From the human T2T-CHM13v2.0 reference genome, Homo sapiens: a DNA stretch of 64,000 nt. Positions 38,302 through 50,501 of this stretch are shown piece after piece. The stretch's first letter is position 1. Every line of letters starts with the position of its first letter. Where the stretch lies: the NCBI RefSeq assembly GCF_009914755.1, contig NC_060928.1; one strand, 5' to 3'. The notes beneath the pieces were generated by a model. The model was not told the DNA's origin. It searched no databases and saw nothing but the letters and a program-made list of their open reading frames with translations. The translations under genes were made by a program, and so were the position numbers.

Positions 38302-41181
38302 AGTCATGAATTGAGTGGCTTTTAGTACACCTGTGGTTGTGCACATTCAATTTTAATTCGCAATCCATTGTAGAATGTCTTATCACCCCCGACCAGAGAA
38401 AAACCCTGTAGACATTAGTCACTCCTCATTCTGTCTCAAACCCTCTCCCTGACCCTCAGCCCTAGGTAGCAACTACCTAGTGCGATCAACCACATATGCA
38501 GAGATTTCCATATTGTGGACATTTCCTTTAAACGGAATTGCACAATAGGTGAGCTGTTATGACTGACATAACACGTAGCACAATATTTTCAAGATTCCTC
38601 CACATTGTAGGCTTACCCACAGGGGGAAACCATATTTTTGGGGGGTTTTAGTAACACCGGGTGTTTTCTCCTTCCTTTCGTCCTTCTTTCCTTCTTTCCT
38701 TCCTTCTTTCTTTCCTTCCGTCCTTCCTACCTTCCTTCTTTCCTTCCTTCCTTCCTTCCTCCTATTTCTCTCTTACTCCTTCTGCCCTCTCACTTTCACA
38801 TGCCTTAGGTGCATCCCACATTCTGCGTTTTCTTGGGGAAATCCTCGACAGGTGCAGGAAAATTGTGTTATTGTAACTATTTACCGCTATCTCTCTTTCA
38901 CGGCTCTCCATCAGTTGTGAACATCTATTGGTTTATCGCAAGTCACTAAGCATATTTTTATTATGTACACCTGTTTTTCCTTATACAGCTGTTTCTGGAG
39001 TATAGGGTCGCATACTCATAAACCCAGTGTAACTCGGAACCGCATCTAATATTCCAATAAACCCATCATAACGTTGAAAAATCATGAATCAAACCATCAT
39101 AAGTCACGGTTTGTCCATGGATATGGGTGTCATCAATTCCATTGTATACAGTAATGCTGTACACCATTAACAATGGCAGACTGATTGGGAGTGCATATTG
39201 ATCGCATTATAAAAGTCAGTTATTAGAGGGATACTTCTTTAACCTGACTGAAGCAGTGATCTAATGGCTTTAGTACAGTGCATGATTATGTGAGATGTTT
39301 TGAGACAGAGTAATACATTTGTGAATGAAATTTTATGGCTTTTTTTCACTTAGTAGGAACCATTGTGTGTGGAAAAGTGAGAAAATTCCTTTCTGCTGTA
39401 GAGTCTGGCATTCATTGTAGATTTAAGATTATTTTTCTGTGAGCAAATCTTATTCAATAAAATGCTACTCTTTATACTAAAAAACAAAAACAGCGGTGAT
39501 GTGTGGTCATTATCCTCAGCAAACTAATCCAGGGAAAGAAAACCAAACGCCACATTCTCACTTACAATGGGAGCTGAAAAATGAGATGACATGGACACAG
39601 GAAGGGGAACAACACACACTGGGGCCTTTCGGGAGGCAGAGCGTTAAGAAAAACAGCTACTGCATGCTGGGCTTAATACCTAGGTGATGGGTTGACAGGT
39701 GCAGTAAACCACCATGGCACACGTTTACCTTAGTAACAAATCTGCCCATCCTGCACATATACCCCACAACTTAGAATCGAAACGAAACAAAAGAAAACGA
39801 AAAAGCAGTAGCAAAACGCTAAAGGCAAAATAAAGTTTCAAACTCAGAAAGTGACAGACCAATGTTTGGTTCAAATCATGGTTCTCAACCCAGGTGCCAT
39901 AAGGTCAGGATAAGGAATTTGATTACATATTGTAAATAAGACATGCAGCAAATGACCAGAAAGATTATTCTCAACATATGTGTGTCTTCTAATTCAATGG
40001 TGACGCTATCTACCGGGACATAGCATTGGATTCCAAAGGGCCGAGTCCCGCCAGGCAGGCCTCCCACACTAGTAACAACGGGAAGCCCTACGTTGTTTTA
40101 CCTGTGCTTCTCAGCAACTGGCTATAAATCAGGTTGCCACCACTCCCAGATTTAGTTGCATTCATTTGCTGGAAGAGCTCACGGCACTCGGGGAAACACT
40201 TACATTTGCCGTTGTTATTTAGCGGACATTGCAAAAAGTTCAGAAATAAATGTGGGGCCCGGCATGTGGGGAGGGGCGCACTACCTTCCAAGAAGTGTTA
40301 TACAGAAGCTCTCTGATCCCAGTCCTTTTGGGTTTTTATGGAGACCTCATTCTATAGGCATGATGGGTTAAACCATAGGCTATTGGTGATCAACTCCACC
40401 TGAGGCTCTCAACCCTCCCTGGAAATTGGGGTTGAGGCTTTGCCATTCTCAGTCTGAATAAAAGAATTTACCCAAACGGAATTTTAAAACAGATGAGCAC
40501 AACTGGAATCTTAATTAGATGATTGGATTATCTGGAGCCACACCTTGATATTCCGAACCCGAGCACCCTCATCCAACGAATGCTCCACCCAACTGGCTCC
40601 CAAGTCTCCACCTGGTCCCAGAGCAAAAGAATGTTTATACAACGCATATCTCCACCTTTTCTTCAAAGTCTTTTCGCTTACACGGAAAGACTTCTTAAAC
40701 TGCCATGCATCAGGGTCAGGGGGAGGTCTTGTTACAACACAGATCTGTGGATCTCCGGGGTTTGATTGTGGCAAGGATGCTGCTGGCGTCAAAACCACAA
40801 CGTGGGAACCACAGAACCACTAGTTGGTTTTCAGTGTTTCAGTGCATACAATTCCTAATATATCTGGCCAAGAAAACTTGGAAGTTCTTAGATTGTTCCA
40901 AAGGTGGCGCATGAAATCAAAGTAGAACAGTTTCCTACGAGGTGTAGCCTGGGAAAGTTGGGGGTGACTGACGGAAAGGAGGAGTGAAGCTCCGCCCTTT
41001 CCGCTGCTAGGTTGCGCCCGAGGCTATTTAAACCCACGCTGGCTGGCCTGTACTCAGATCTTCGCGGAGCGGATCAGCGGCCGGAGCCTTTGGCGGACTC
41101 TGCGTGGACTTGGAGCTCACGGCGTCTTGCGACTTGGAGGCAGATTCAGAGGACAGGACAGAACACTTGGGCAAGTGACTC

Positions 41182-41214
<33 letters not shown>

Positions 41215-41367
41215 GTGTCTGTCTCATTGGTTGGTTGATTTCCATTTTCTTAAGGGGCACATACCTCACACCGCACACACACAGACACACACACACGCAC
41301 ACACACTCCTTCCTTCTGCGAGTTAGAAAATTAGTAGGGGCCCCTGGGAGCTGCAGGTTTCCTAATC

Positions 41368-44286
41368 ATGTCTGCACCTAAGAACAGTAGGGTCTTGTCT
41401 GGCTCTTCTTATGAACGGTCCCCCAGCCCGGACTCCCCAAGGTCCATGCGAGCCTCACCCAGCTTCTCCTTCTCCGCTCTCAGAAACTCAGGCTTAAGGG
41501 GAAGCTCCTCACCAGGGATCCGGAGCTACCATTCACCATCCCCTAGGGCTTCACCACACTCACCTCTGTCAGCACCAGAATCCCACAAGCTCCCATTTCC
41601 CTGTCCTCACCGTGATGGGCAATCAATGAAGCCATCGGGCTCTCCTCTGTCCTCCTCTGAGGATTCCTCAGAGTCCCCAGGTTCATCAATAATATACCAC
41701 ATGTTCTTACTGCCATCACCCAGCAGCTCACCCCCAGCTCTCAGGGGGTCTCCTGTGTCTCCCTGCTACTCTCCAAACAACCCCAGATTTCAGCTGGAGT
41801 CAGCCCCCCACACCCAGGAATCACCTACAAACTCACGAGCCTCACGGTGCTCCACCCCTGTGTCTTTCATCTCTTCACCCCCAGGCCTCAGGGACTCTCC
41901 TGTGGCTCCCAGTTACTCTCCAGCCATCCCCAGGTTCCTGCGGGAGTCAGGCACATGCACCCAGGAGTCCCCCAGAGACTCACAGGTCTCGGGAGAATAT
42001 GAGCGGTCCCCCAGCCCTGACTCCTCAAGATTCATGCCTGCCTCACCCAGCTTCTCCCTCTCCCCTCCCAGAAACTCAGACCCAAGGAGCAGCTCCTCAC
42101 CAGGGATGTGGAAGTACTCTACATCATCCCGCAGGGCTTCACCACTCTCACATCCACCATCAACAGAATTCCACAGCTTTACGTTTCCATTTCCTAACCA
42201 AGCAGGACAGTCACTCATGTCATTGTGTTCTCCCGTGTCCTCCTCTGGAGGTTCTTCACAGTCACCTCATTCATCAATAATATACCATATGTTCTTACTG
42301 CCATCATCCAGCAGCTCACCCCCAGCCACCCATGACTCTCCTGTCTGTCCCAGCTACTCTCCAAACACGCCCACATTTCAGCGGCTGTCTGTACCCCACA
42401 CCCCAGCAACACCTACAAACTCACAGACCTCAGTGAGATCCTGGCCAGATTCTCTCACGTCTTCACCCCCAGCCCTTACGGACCCTCCAGTCTGTCCCAG
42501 CTACTCTCCAACCACGCCCACATTTCAGCGCGGGTCGGTTCCGGGAACCCAGGGATCACCGCCAAGCCCACCACTTTCACTGAGTTACTCCCCAGTCTCT
42601 AGCACGTCTTTATCTCCAACCCTCAGGGACTCGCCTGTCTGTCCCAGCTACTCTCCAAACACGCCCACACTTCAGCTGGAGTCCGTTGCAGGCACCCAGA
42701 AATCACCACCAAACTCACCAATTTCACTGCGTTACTCCCCAGTCTCTCTCATGTCTTCACCATCCCTCAGGGACTCTCCCGTCTGTCCCAGCTACTCTCC
42801 AACCACGCCCACATTGCAGCTGGAGTCAGTTCCAGACACCCCGGAATCACCACCAAACTCACCTGTTTCACTCAGTTACTCCTCAGTCTCTAGCACGTCT
42901 TTATCTCCAACCCTCAGGGACTCTCCTGTGTGTCCCAGCTACTCTCCAACCACGCCCACACTTCAGCGGGAGTCAGTTCCAGGCACCCAGGAATCACCAC
43001 CAAACTCACCAATTTCACTCAATTACTCTCCAGTCTCTCTCATGTCTTCACCAGCCCTCAGGGACTCTCCTGTCTGTCCCAGCTACTCTCCAACCACGCC
43101 CACATTTCAGCTGGAGTCAGTTCCAGGCAACCCGGAGTCACCACCAAACTCACCAGTTTCACTCAGTTACTCCCCGGACTCTCTCATGTCTTCACCCCCA
43201 GCCCTCAGGGACTCTCCTGTGTGTCCCAGATACTCTCCAACCATGCCCAGATTTCAGCGGGAGTCAGTTCCAGGCACCCAGGTATCACCTACAAACTCAG
43301 CAGTTTCACTGAGTTACTCCCCAGTCTCTCTCATGTCTTCACCCCCAGCCCCCTGGGACTCTCCTGTCTGTCCCAGCTACTCCCGCACCACGCCCAGATT
43401 TCAGCGGGAGTCAGCCTCCCACACTCCAGAATCACCTACGGACTCACAGACTTCACTGAGGTCCTTCCTGGTCTCTCTCAGGTCTTTGCCCTCAGCCCAC
43501 AGGGACTCTTGTGTCTCTTTCAGCTACTCTCAAAACTTCTCTAGATTCCAGCTGGAGTCAGTTCCAGGCACCCACGATACAACACCGAACTCACGAATTT
43601 CACTGACTTACTCCCCAGTCTCCCTCATGTTCTCACCCCCAGCCCTCAGGGACTCTTCTGTCTCTCTCAGCTACTCTCCAACCATCTCCAGATTTCACGT
43701 GGAGTCAGCTTCCCGCACCCAGGAATCACCTACAAACTCACGGACCTTACTGCAACCCTCCCCCATTTCTTTCACCTCTTCACCCCCTGCCTTCAGGGAC
43801 TCTCCTGGGTCTCCCAGCTTCTCTCCAGCCTTCCCCAGATTTCTGCCACAGTCAGCCCCAGGCACCCAGGACAACCCTAGACACTCACGGGCCACACGAG
43901 ACTATCTCCCTATGACCTGTACCTATACAGGGATGGCTCCCACGCATCCCTCAGTGATCCCAAACCCATCTCCACTTACACTCAGACACTCCCAGGGCCT
44001 GACAGCTACTCCCCGTTATTGTCCTTCAGTTCGAAGCCCTGGCCAATCTACTAGCCCACATGACGCAGTTACCTGGCCATTAATCCACGGTTCCCGTGAG
44101 GGCCCCACACCCAGCCGCACAAGAGCCGCTCCTGCATTCCGTCCTCACACGCAGGCCTGTCCATCTACTTGCTACTGTCACACTCTTGCCAGCAGAAGAG
44201 GCCCCCGTCATGGCCGATATCACCACCCAGTCTATCCTCACCCCACAGCTGTGCAGCGGGACCCTCCTGCTGGCCCACGTGGCTGA
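41368..44286 (+). CDS. Putative CTD-like repeat protein, copy 6 (972 aa)
   Basis: Intact ORF with intact promoter motifs. Confidence 0.55.
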   Translation: MSAPKNSRVLSGSSYERSPSPDSPRSMRASPSFSFSALRNSGLRGSSSPGIRSYHSPSPRASPHSPLSAPESHKLPFPCPHRDGQSMKPSGSPLSSSEDSSESPGSSIIYHMFLLPSPSSSPPALRGSPVSPCYSPNNPRFQLESAPHTQESPTNSRASRCSTPVSFISSPPGLRDSPVAPSYSPAIPRFLRESGTCTQESPRDSQVSGEYERSPSPDSSRFMPASPSFSLSPPRNSDPRSSSSPGMWKYSTSSRRASPLSHPPSTEFHSFTFPFPNQAGQSLMSLCSPVSSSGGSSQSPHSSIIYHMFLLPSSSSSPPATHDSPVCPSYSPNTPTFQRLSVPHTPATPTNSQTSVRSWPDSLTSSPPALTDPPVCPSYSPTTPTFQRGSVPGTQGSPPSPPLSLSYSPVSSTSLSPTLRDSPVCPSYSPNTPTLQLESVAGTQKSPPNSPISLRYSPVSLMSSPSLRDSPVCPSYSPTTPTLQLESVPDTPESPPNSPVSLSYSSVSSTSLSPTLRDSPVCPSYSPTTPTLQRESVPGTQESPPNSPISLNYSPVSLMSSPALRDSPVCPSYSPTTPTFQLESVPGNPESPPNSPVSLSYSPDSLMSSPPALRDSPVCPRYSPTMPRFQRESVPGTQVSPTNSAVSLSYSPVSLMSSPPAPWDSPVCPSYSRTTPRFQRESASHTPESPTDSQTSLRSFLVSLRSLPSAHRDSCVSFSYSQNFSRFQLESVPGTHDTTPNSRISLTYSPVSLMFSPPALRDSSVSLSYSPTISRFHVESASRTQESPTNSRTLLQPSPISFTSSPPAFRDSPGSPSFSPAFPRFLPQSAPGTQDNPRHSRATRDYLPMTCTYTGMAPTHPSVIPNPSPLTLRHSQGLTATPRYCPSVRSPGQSTSPHDAVTWPLIHGSREGPTPSRTRAAPAFRPHTQACPSTCYCHTLASRRGPRHGRYHHPVYPHPTAVQRDPPAGPRG
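41405..43900 (+). repeat. ACRO1-type array (unit 6)
   Basis: 147/144-bp periodicity. Confidence 0.8.
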
Positions 44287-47200
44287 CAGAGCCCATGCTG
44301 GCACGACGCTCCAGCAGGTCGGCGTCCCTGCGGGACACACTACCGGTGACATGGCTAGCATCACCCTCCTTCCTGGCAGTGACACTGTTGATGTGAACCC
44401 CAGTTTCACATCTGTCATTTGGAAATAGGACCATTTTCCCTTTTCGCTCTCCCTTCCATTCACTGGGCTTTTCATTCTCTCTGTTTCTGCCTCCGTTTCA
44501 GATATTCACTCACCTTTTTCTCTCTCACTATGTCTGCCGTGGTCTCCATGAGAGTGCGCCACATAAGATTCCCCCATTAAAAGTCATGAATTGAGTGGCT
44601 TTTAGTACACCTGTGGTTGTGCACATTCAATTTTAATTCGCAATCCATTGTAGAATGTCTTATCACCCCCGACCAGAGAAAAACCCTGTAGACATTAGTC
44701 ACTCCTCATTCTGTCTCAAACCCTCTCCCTGACCCTCAGCCCTAGGTAGCAACTACCTAGTGCGATCAACCACATATGCAGAGATTTCCATATTGTGGAC
44801 ATTTCCTTTAAACGGAATTGCACAATAGGTGAGCTGTTATGACTGATATAACACGTAGCACAATATTTTCAAGATTCCTCCACATTGTAGGCTTACCCAC
44901 ATGGGGAAACCATATTTTTGGGGGGTTTTAGTAACACCGGGTGTTTTCTCCTTCCTTTCGTCCTTCTTTCCTTCCTTCCTTCCTTCTTTCCTTCCTTCCT
45001 TCCTTCCTACCTTCCTTCTTTCCTTCCTTCCTTCCTTCCTCCTATTTCTCTCTTACTCCTTCTGCCCTCTCACTTTCACATGCCTTAGGTGCATCCCACA
45101 TTCTGCGTTTTCTTGGGGAAATCCTCGACAGGTGCAGGAAAATTGTGTTATTGTAACTATTTACCGCTATCTCTCTTTCACGGCTCTCCATCAGTTGTGA
45201 ACATCTATTGGTTTATCGCAAGTCACTAAGCATATTTTTATTAGGTACACCTGTTTTTCCTTATACAGCTGTTTCTGGAGTATAGGGTCGCATACTCATA
45301 AACCCAGTGTAACTCAGAAACGCATCTAATATTCCAATAAACCCATCATAACGTTGAAAAATCATGAATCAAACCATCATAAGTCACGGTTTGTCCGTGG
45401 ATATGGGTGTCATCAATTCCATTGTATACAGTAATGCTGTACACCATTAACAATGGCAGACTGATTGGGAGTGCATATTGATAGCATTATAAAAGTCAGT
45501 TATTAGAGGGATACTTCTTTAACCTCACTGAAGAACTGATCTAATGGCTTTAGTACAGTGCATGATTATGTGAGATGTTTTGAGACAGAGTAGTACATTT
45601 GTGAATGAAATTTTATGGCTTTTTTTCACTTAGTAGGAACCATTGTGTGTGGAAAAGTGAGAAAATTGCTTTCTGCTGTAGAGTCTGGCATTCATTGTAG
45701 ATTTAAGATTATTTTTCTGTGAGCAAATCTTATTCAATAAAATGCTACTCTTTATACTAAAAAACAAAAACAGTGGTGATGTGTGGTCATTATCCTCAGC
45801 AAACTAATCCAGGGAAAGAAAACCAAACGCCACATTCTCACTTATAATGGGAGCTGAAAAATGAGATCACATGGACACAGGAAGGGGAACAACACACACT
45901 GGGGCCTTTCGGGAGGCAGAGCGTTAAGAAAAACAGCTACTGCATGCTGGGCTTAATACCTAGGTGATGGGTTGACAGGTGCAGTAAACCACCATGGCAC
46001 ACGTTTACCTTAGTAACAAATCTGCCCATCCTGCACATATACCCCACAACTTAGAATCGAAACGAAACAAAAGAAAACGAAAAAGCAGTAGCAAAACGCT
46101 AAAGGCAAAATAAAGTTTCAAACTCAGAAAGTGACAGACCAATGTTTGGTTCAAATCATGGTTCTCAACCCAGGTGCCATAAGGTCAGGATAAGGAATTT
46201 GATTACATATTGTAAATAAGACATGCAGCAAATGACCAGAAAGATTATTCTCAACATATGTGTGTCTTCTAATTCAATGGTGACGCTATCTACCGGGACA
46301 TAGCATTGGATTCCAAAGGGCCAAGTCCCGCCAGGCAGGCCTCCCACACTAGTAACAACGGGAAGCCCTACGTTGTTTTACCTGTGCTTCTCAGCAACTG
46401 GCTATAAATCAGGTTGCCACCACTCCCAGATTTAGTTGCATTCATTTGCTGGAAGAGCTCACGGCACTCGGGGAAAGACTTACATTTGCCGTTGTAATTT
46501 AGCGGACATTGCAAAAAGTTCAGAAATAAATGTGGGGCCCGGCATGTGGGGAGGGGCGCACTACCTTCCAGGAAGTGTTATCCAGAAGCTCTCTGATCCC
46601 AGTCCTTTTGGGTTTTTATGGAGACCTCATTCTATAGGCATGATGGGTTAAACCATAGGCTATTGGTGATCAACTCCACCTGAGGCTCTCAACCCTCCCT
46701 GGAAATTGGGGTTGAGGCTTTGCCATTCTCAGTCTGAATAAAAGAATTTACCCAAACGGAATTTTAAAACAGATGAGCACAACTGGAATCTTAATTAGAT
46801 GATTGGATTATCTGGAGCCATACCTTGATATTCCGAACCCGAGCACCCTCATCCAACGAATGCTCCACCCAACTGGCTCCCAAGTCTCCACCTGCTTCCA
46901 GAGCAAAAGAATGTTTATACAACGCATATCTCCACCTTTTCTTCAAAGTCTTTTCGCTTACACGGAAAGACTTCTTAAACTGCCATGCATCAGGGTCAGG
47001 GGGAGATCTTGTTACAACACAGATCTGTGGATCTCCGGGGTTTGATTGTGGCAAGGATGCTGCTGGCGTCAAAACCACAACGTGGGAACCACAGAACCAC
47101 TAGTTGGTTTTCAGTGTTTCAGTGCATACAATTCCTAATATATCTGGCCAAGAAAACTTGGAAGTTCTTAGATTGTTCCAAAGGTAGCGCATGAAATCAA

Positions 47201-47666
47201 AGTAGGAGAACAGTTTCCTACGAGGTGTAGCCTGGGAAAGTTGGGGGTGACTGACGGAAAGGAGGAGTGAAGCTCCGCCCTTTCCGCTGCTAGGTTGCGC
47301 CCGAGGCTATTTAAACCCACGCTGGCTGGCCTGTACTCAGATCTTCGCGGAGCGGATCAGCGGCCGGAGCGTTTGGCGGACTCTGCGTGGACTTGGAGCT
47401 CACGGCGTCTTGCGACTTGGAGGCGGATTCAGAGGACAGGACAGAACACTTGGGCAAGTGAATCTCTGTCTGTCTGTCTGTCTGTGTGACTGTCTCATTG
47501 GTTGGTTGATTTCCATTTTCTTAAGGGGCATATACCTCACACCGCACACACACAGACACACACACACGCACACACACGCACACACTCACACACACGCACA
47601 CACACTCCTTCCATCTGCGAGTTAGAAAATTAGTAGGGGCCCCTGGGAGCTGCAGGTTTCCTAATC

Positions 47667-50501
47667 ATGTCTGCACCTAAGAACAGTAGGGTCTTGTCTG
47701 GCTCTTCTTATGAACGGTCCCCCAGCCCGGACTCCCCAAGGTCCATGCGAGCCTCACCCAGCTTCTCCTTCTCCCCTCTCAGAAACTCAGGCTTAATGGG
47801 AAGCTCCTCACCAGGGATCCGGAGCTACCATTCACCATCCCCTAGGGCTTCACCACACTCACCTCTGTCATCACCAGAATCCCACAAGCTCCCATTTCCC
47901 TGTCCTCACCATGATGGGCAATCAATGAAGCCATCGGGCTCTCCTGTGTCCTCCTCTGAGGATTCCTCAGAGTCCCCAGGTTCATCAATAATATACCACA
48001 TGTTCTTACTGCCATCACCCAGCAGCTCACCCCCAGCTCTCGGGGGGTCTCCTGTGTCTCCCAGCTACTCTCCAAACAACCCCAGATTTCAGCTGGAGTC
48101 AGCCCCCCACACCCGGGAATCACCTACAAACTCACGAGCCTCACGGTGCTCCACCCTTGTGTCTTTCATCTCTTCACCCCCAGGCCTCAGGGACTCTCCT
48201 GTGGCTCCCAGTTACTCTCCAGCCATCCCCAGGTTCCTGCGGGAGTCAGCCCCATGCACCCAGGAGTCGCCCAGAGACTCACACGTCTCGGGAGAATATG
48301 AGCGGTCCCCCAGCCCTGACTCCTCAAGATTCATGCCTGCCTCACCCAGCTTCTCCCTCTCCCCTCCCAGAAACTCAGACCGAAGGGGCAGCTCCTCACC
48401 AGGGATGTGGAAGAACTCTACATCATCCCGCAGGGTTTCACCAGTCTCACATCCATCATCAACAGAATTCCACAGCTTTACGTTTCCCTTTCCTAACCAA
48501 GCAGGACAGTCACTCATGTCATTGTGTTCTCCCATGTCCTCCTCTGGAGATTCTTCACAGTCACCTCATTCATCAATAATATACCATATGTTCTTACTGC
48601 CATCATCCAGCAGCTCACCCCCAGCCACCCATGACTCTCCTGTCTGTCCCAGCTACTCTCCAACCACGCCCACATTTCAGCGGCTGTCTGTACCCCACAC
48701 CCCAGCAACACCTACAAACTCACAGACCTCAGTGAGATCCTGGCCAGATTCTCTCACGTCTTCACCCCCAGCCCTTACGGACCCTCCAGTCTGTCCCAGC
48801 TACTCTCCAACCACGCCCACATTTCAGCGCGGGTCGGTTCCGGGAACCCAGGGATCACCGCCAAGCCCACCACTTTCACTGAGTTACTCCCCAGTCTCTA
48901 GCACGTCTTTATCTCCAACCCTCAGGGACTCGCCTGTCTGTCCCAGCTACTCTCCAAACACGCCCACACTTCAGCCGGAGTCCGTTGCAGGCACCCAGAA
49001 ATCACCACCAAACTCACCAATTTCACTGCGTTACTCCCCAGTCTCTCTCATGTCTTCACCATCCCTCAGGGACTCTCCCGTCTGTCCCAGCTACTCTCCA
49101 ACCACGCCCACATTGCAGCTGGAGTCAGTTCCAGGCACCCCGGAATCACCACCAAACTCACCTGTTTCACTCAGTTACTCCTCAGTCTCTAGCACGTCTT
49201 TATCTCCAACCCTCAGGGACTCTCCTGTGTGTCCCAGCTACTCTCCAACCACGCCCACACTTCAGCGGGAGTCAGTTCCAGGCACCCAGGAATCACCACC
49301 AAACTCACCAATTTCACTCAATTACTCTCCAGTCTCTCTCATGTCTTCACCAGCCCTCAGGGACTCTCCTGTGTGTCCCAGATACTCTCCAACCATGCCC
49401 AGATTTCAGCGGGAGTCAGTTCCAGGCACCCAGGTATCACCTACAAACTCAGCAGTTTCACTGAGTTACTCCCCAGTCTCTCTCATGTCTTCACCCCCAG
49501 CCCCCTGGGACTCTCCTGTCTGTCCCAGCTACTCCCCCACCACGCCCAGATTTCAGCGGGAGTCAGCCTCCCACACTCCAGAATCACCTACGGACTCACA
49601 GACTTCACTGAGGTCCTCCCTGGTCTCTCTCAGGTCTTTGCCCTCAGCCCACAGGGACTCTTGTGTCTCTTTCAGCTACTCTCAAAACTTCTCTAGATTC
49701 CAGCTGGAGTCAGTTCCAGGCACCCACGATACACCACCGAACTCACGAATTTCACTGACTTACTCCCCAGTCTCCCTCATGTTCTCACCCCCAGCCCTCA
49801 GGGACTCTTCTGTCTCTCTCAGCTACTCTCCAACCATCTCCAGATTTCACGTGGAGTCAGCTTCACGCACCCAGGAATCACCTACAAACTCACGGACCTT
49901 ACTGCAACCCTCCCCCATTTCTTTCACCTCTTCACCCCCTGCCTTCAGGGACTCTCCTGGGTCTCCCAGCTTCTCTCCAGCCTTCCCCAGATTTCTGCCA
50001 CAGTCAGCCCCAGGCACCCAGGACAACCCTAGACACTCACGGGCCACACGAGACTATCTCCCTATGACCTGTACCTATACAGGGATGGCTCCCACGCATC
50101 CCTCAGTGACCCCAAACCCATCTCCACTTACACTCAGACACTCCCAGGGCCTGACAGCTACTCCCTGTTATTGTCCTTCAGTTCGAAGCCCTGGCCAATC
50201 TACTAGCCCACATGACGCAGTTACCTGGCCATTACTCCACGGTTCCCGTGAGGGCCCCACACCCAGCCTCACAAGAGACCCTCCTGCATTCCGTCCTCAC
50301 ACGCAGGCCTGTCCATCTACTTGCTACTGTCACACTCTTGCCAGCAGAAGAGGCCCCTGTCATGGCCGATATCACCACCCAGTCTATCCTCACCCCACAG
50401 CTGTGCAGCGGGACCCTCCTGCTGGCCCACGTGGCTGCCAGAGCCCATGCTGGCAAGACGCTCCAGCAGGTCGGCGTCCCTGCGGGACACACTGCCGGTG
50501 A
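47667..50501 (+). CDS. Putative CTD-like repeat protein, copy 7 (944 aa)
   Basis: Intact ORF, one monomer fewer than copies 5 and 6, long C-terminal allele. Confidence 0.55.
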   Translation: MSAPKNSRVLSGSSYERSPSPDSPRSMRASPSFSFSPLRNSGLMGSSSPGIRSYHSPSPRASPHSPLSSPESHKLPFPCPHHDGQSMKPSGSPVSSSEDSSESPGSSIIYHMFLLPSPSSSPPALGGSPVSPSYSPNNPRFQLESAPHTRESPTNSRASRCSTLVSFISSPPGLRDSPVAPSYSPAIPRFLRESAPCTQESPRDSHVSGEYERSPSPDSSRFMPASPSFSLSPPRNSDRRGSSSPGMWKNSTSSRRVSPVSHPSSTEFHSFTFPFPNQAGQSLMSLCSPMSSSGDSSQSPHSSIIYHMFLLPSSSSSPPATHDSPVCPSYSPTTPTFQRLSVPHTPATPTNSQTSVRSWPDSLTSSPPALTDPPVCPSYSPTTPTFQRGSVPGTQGSPPSPPLSLSYSPVSSTSLSPTLRDSPVCPSYSPNTPTLQPESVAGTQKSPPNSPISLRYSPVSLMSSPSLRDSPVCPSYSPTTPTLQLESVPGTPESPPNSPVSLSYSSVSSTSLSPTLRDSPVCPSYSPTTPTLQRESVPGTQESPPNSPISLNYSPVSLMSSPALRDSPVCPRYSPTMPRFQRESVPGTQVSPTNSAVSLSYSPVSLMSSPPAPWDSPVCPSYSPTTPRFQRESASHTPESPTDSQTSLRSSLVSLRSLPSAHRDSCVSFSYSQNFSRFQLESVPGTHDTPPNSRISLTYSPVSLMFSPPALRDSSVSLSYSPTISRFHVESASRTQESPTNSRTLLQPSPISFTSSPPAFRDSPGSPSFSPAFPRFLPQSAPGTQDNPRHSRATRDYLPMTCTYTGMAPTHPSVTPNPSPLTLRHSQGLTATPCYCPSVRSPGQSTSPHDAVTWPLLHGSREGPTPSLTRDPPAFRPHTQACPSTCYCHTLASRRGPCHGRYHHPVYPHPTAVQRDPPAGPRGCQSPCWQDAPAGRRPCGTHCR
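47705..50050 (+). repeat. ACRO1-type array (unit 7)
   Basis: 147/144-bp periodicity. Confidence 0.8.
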
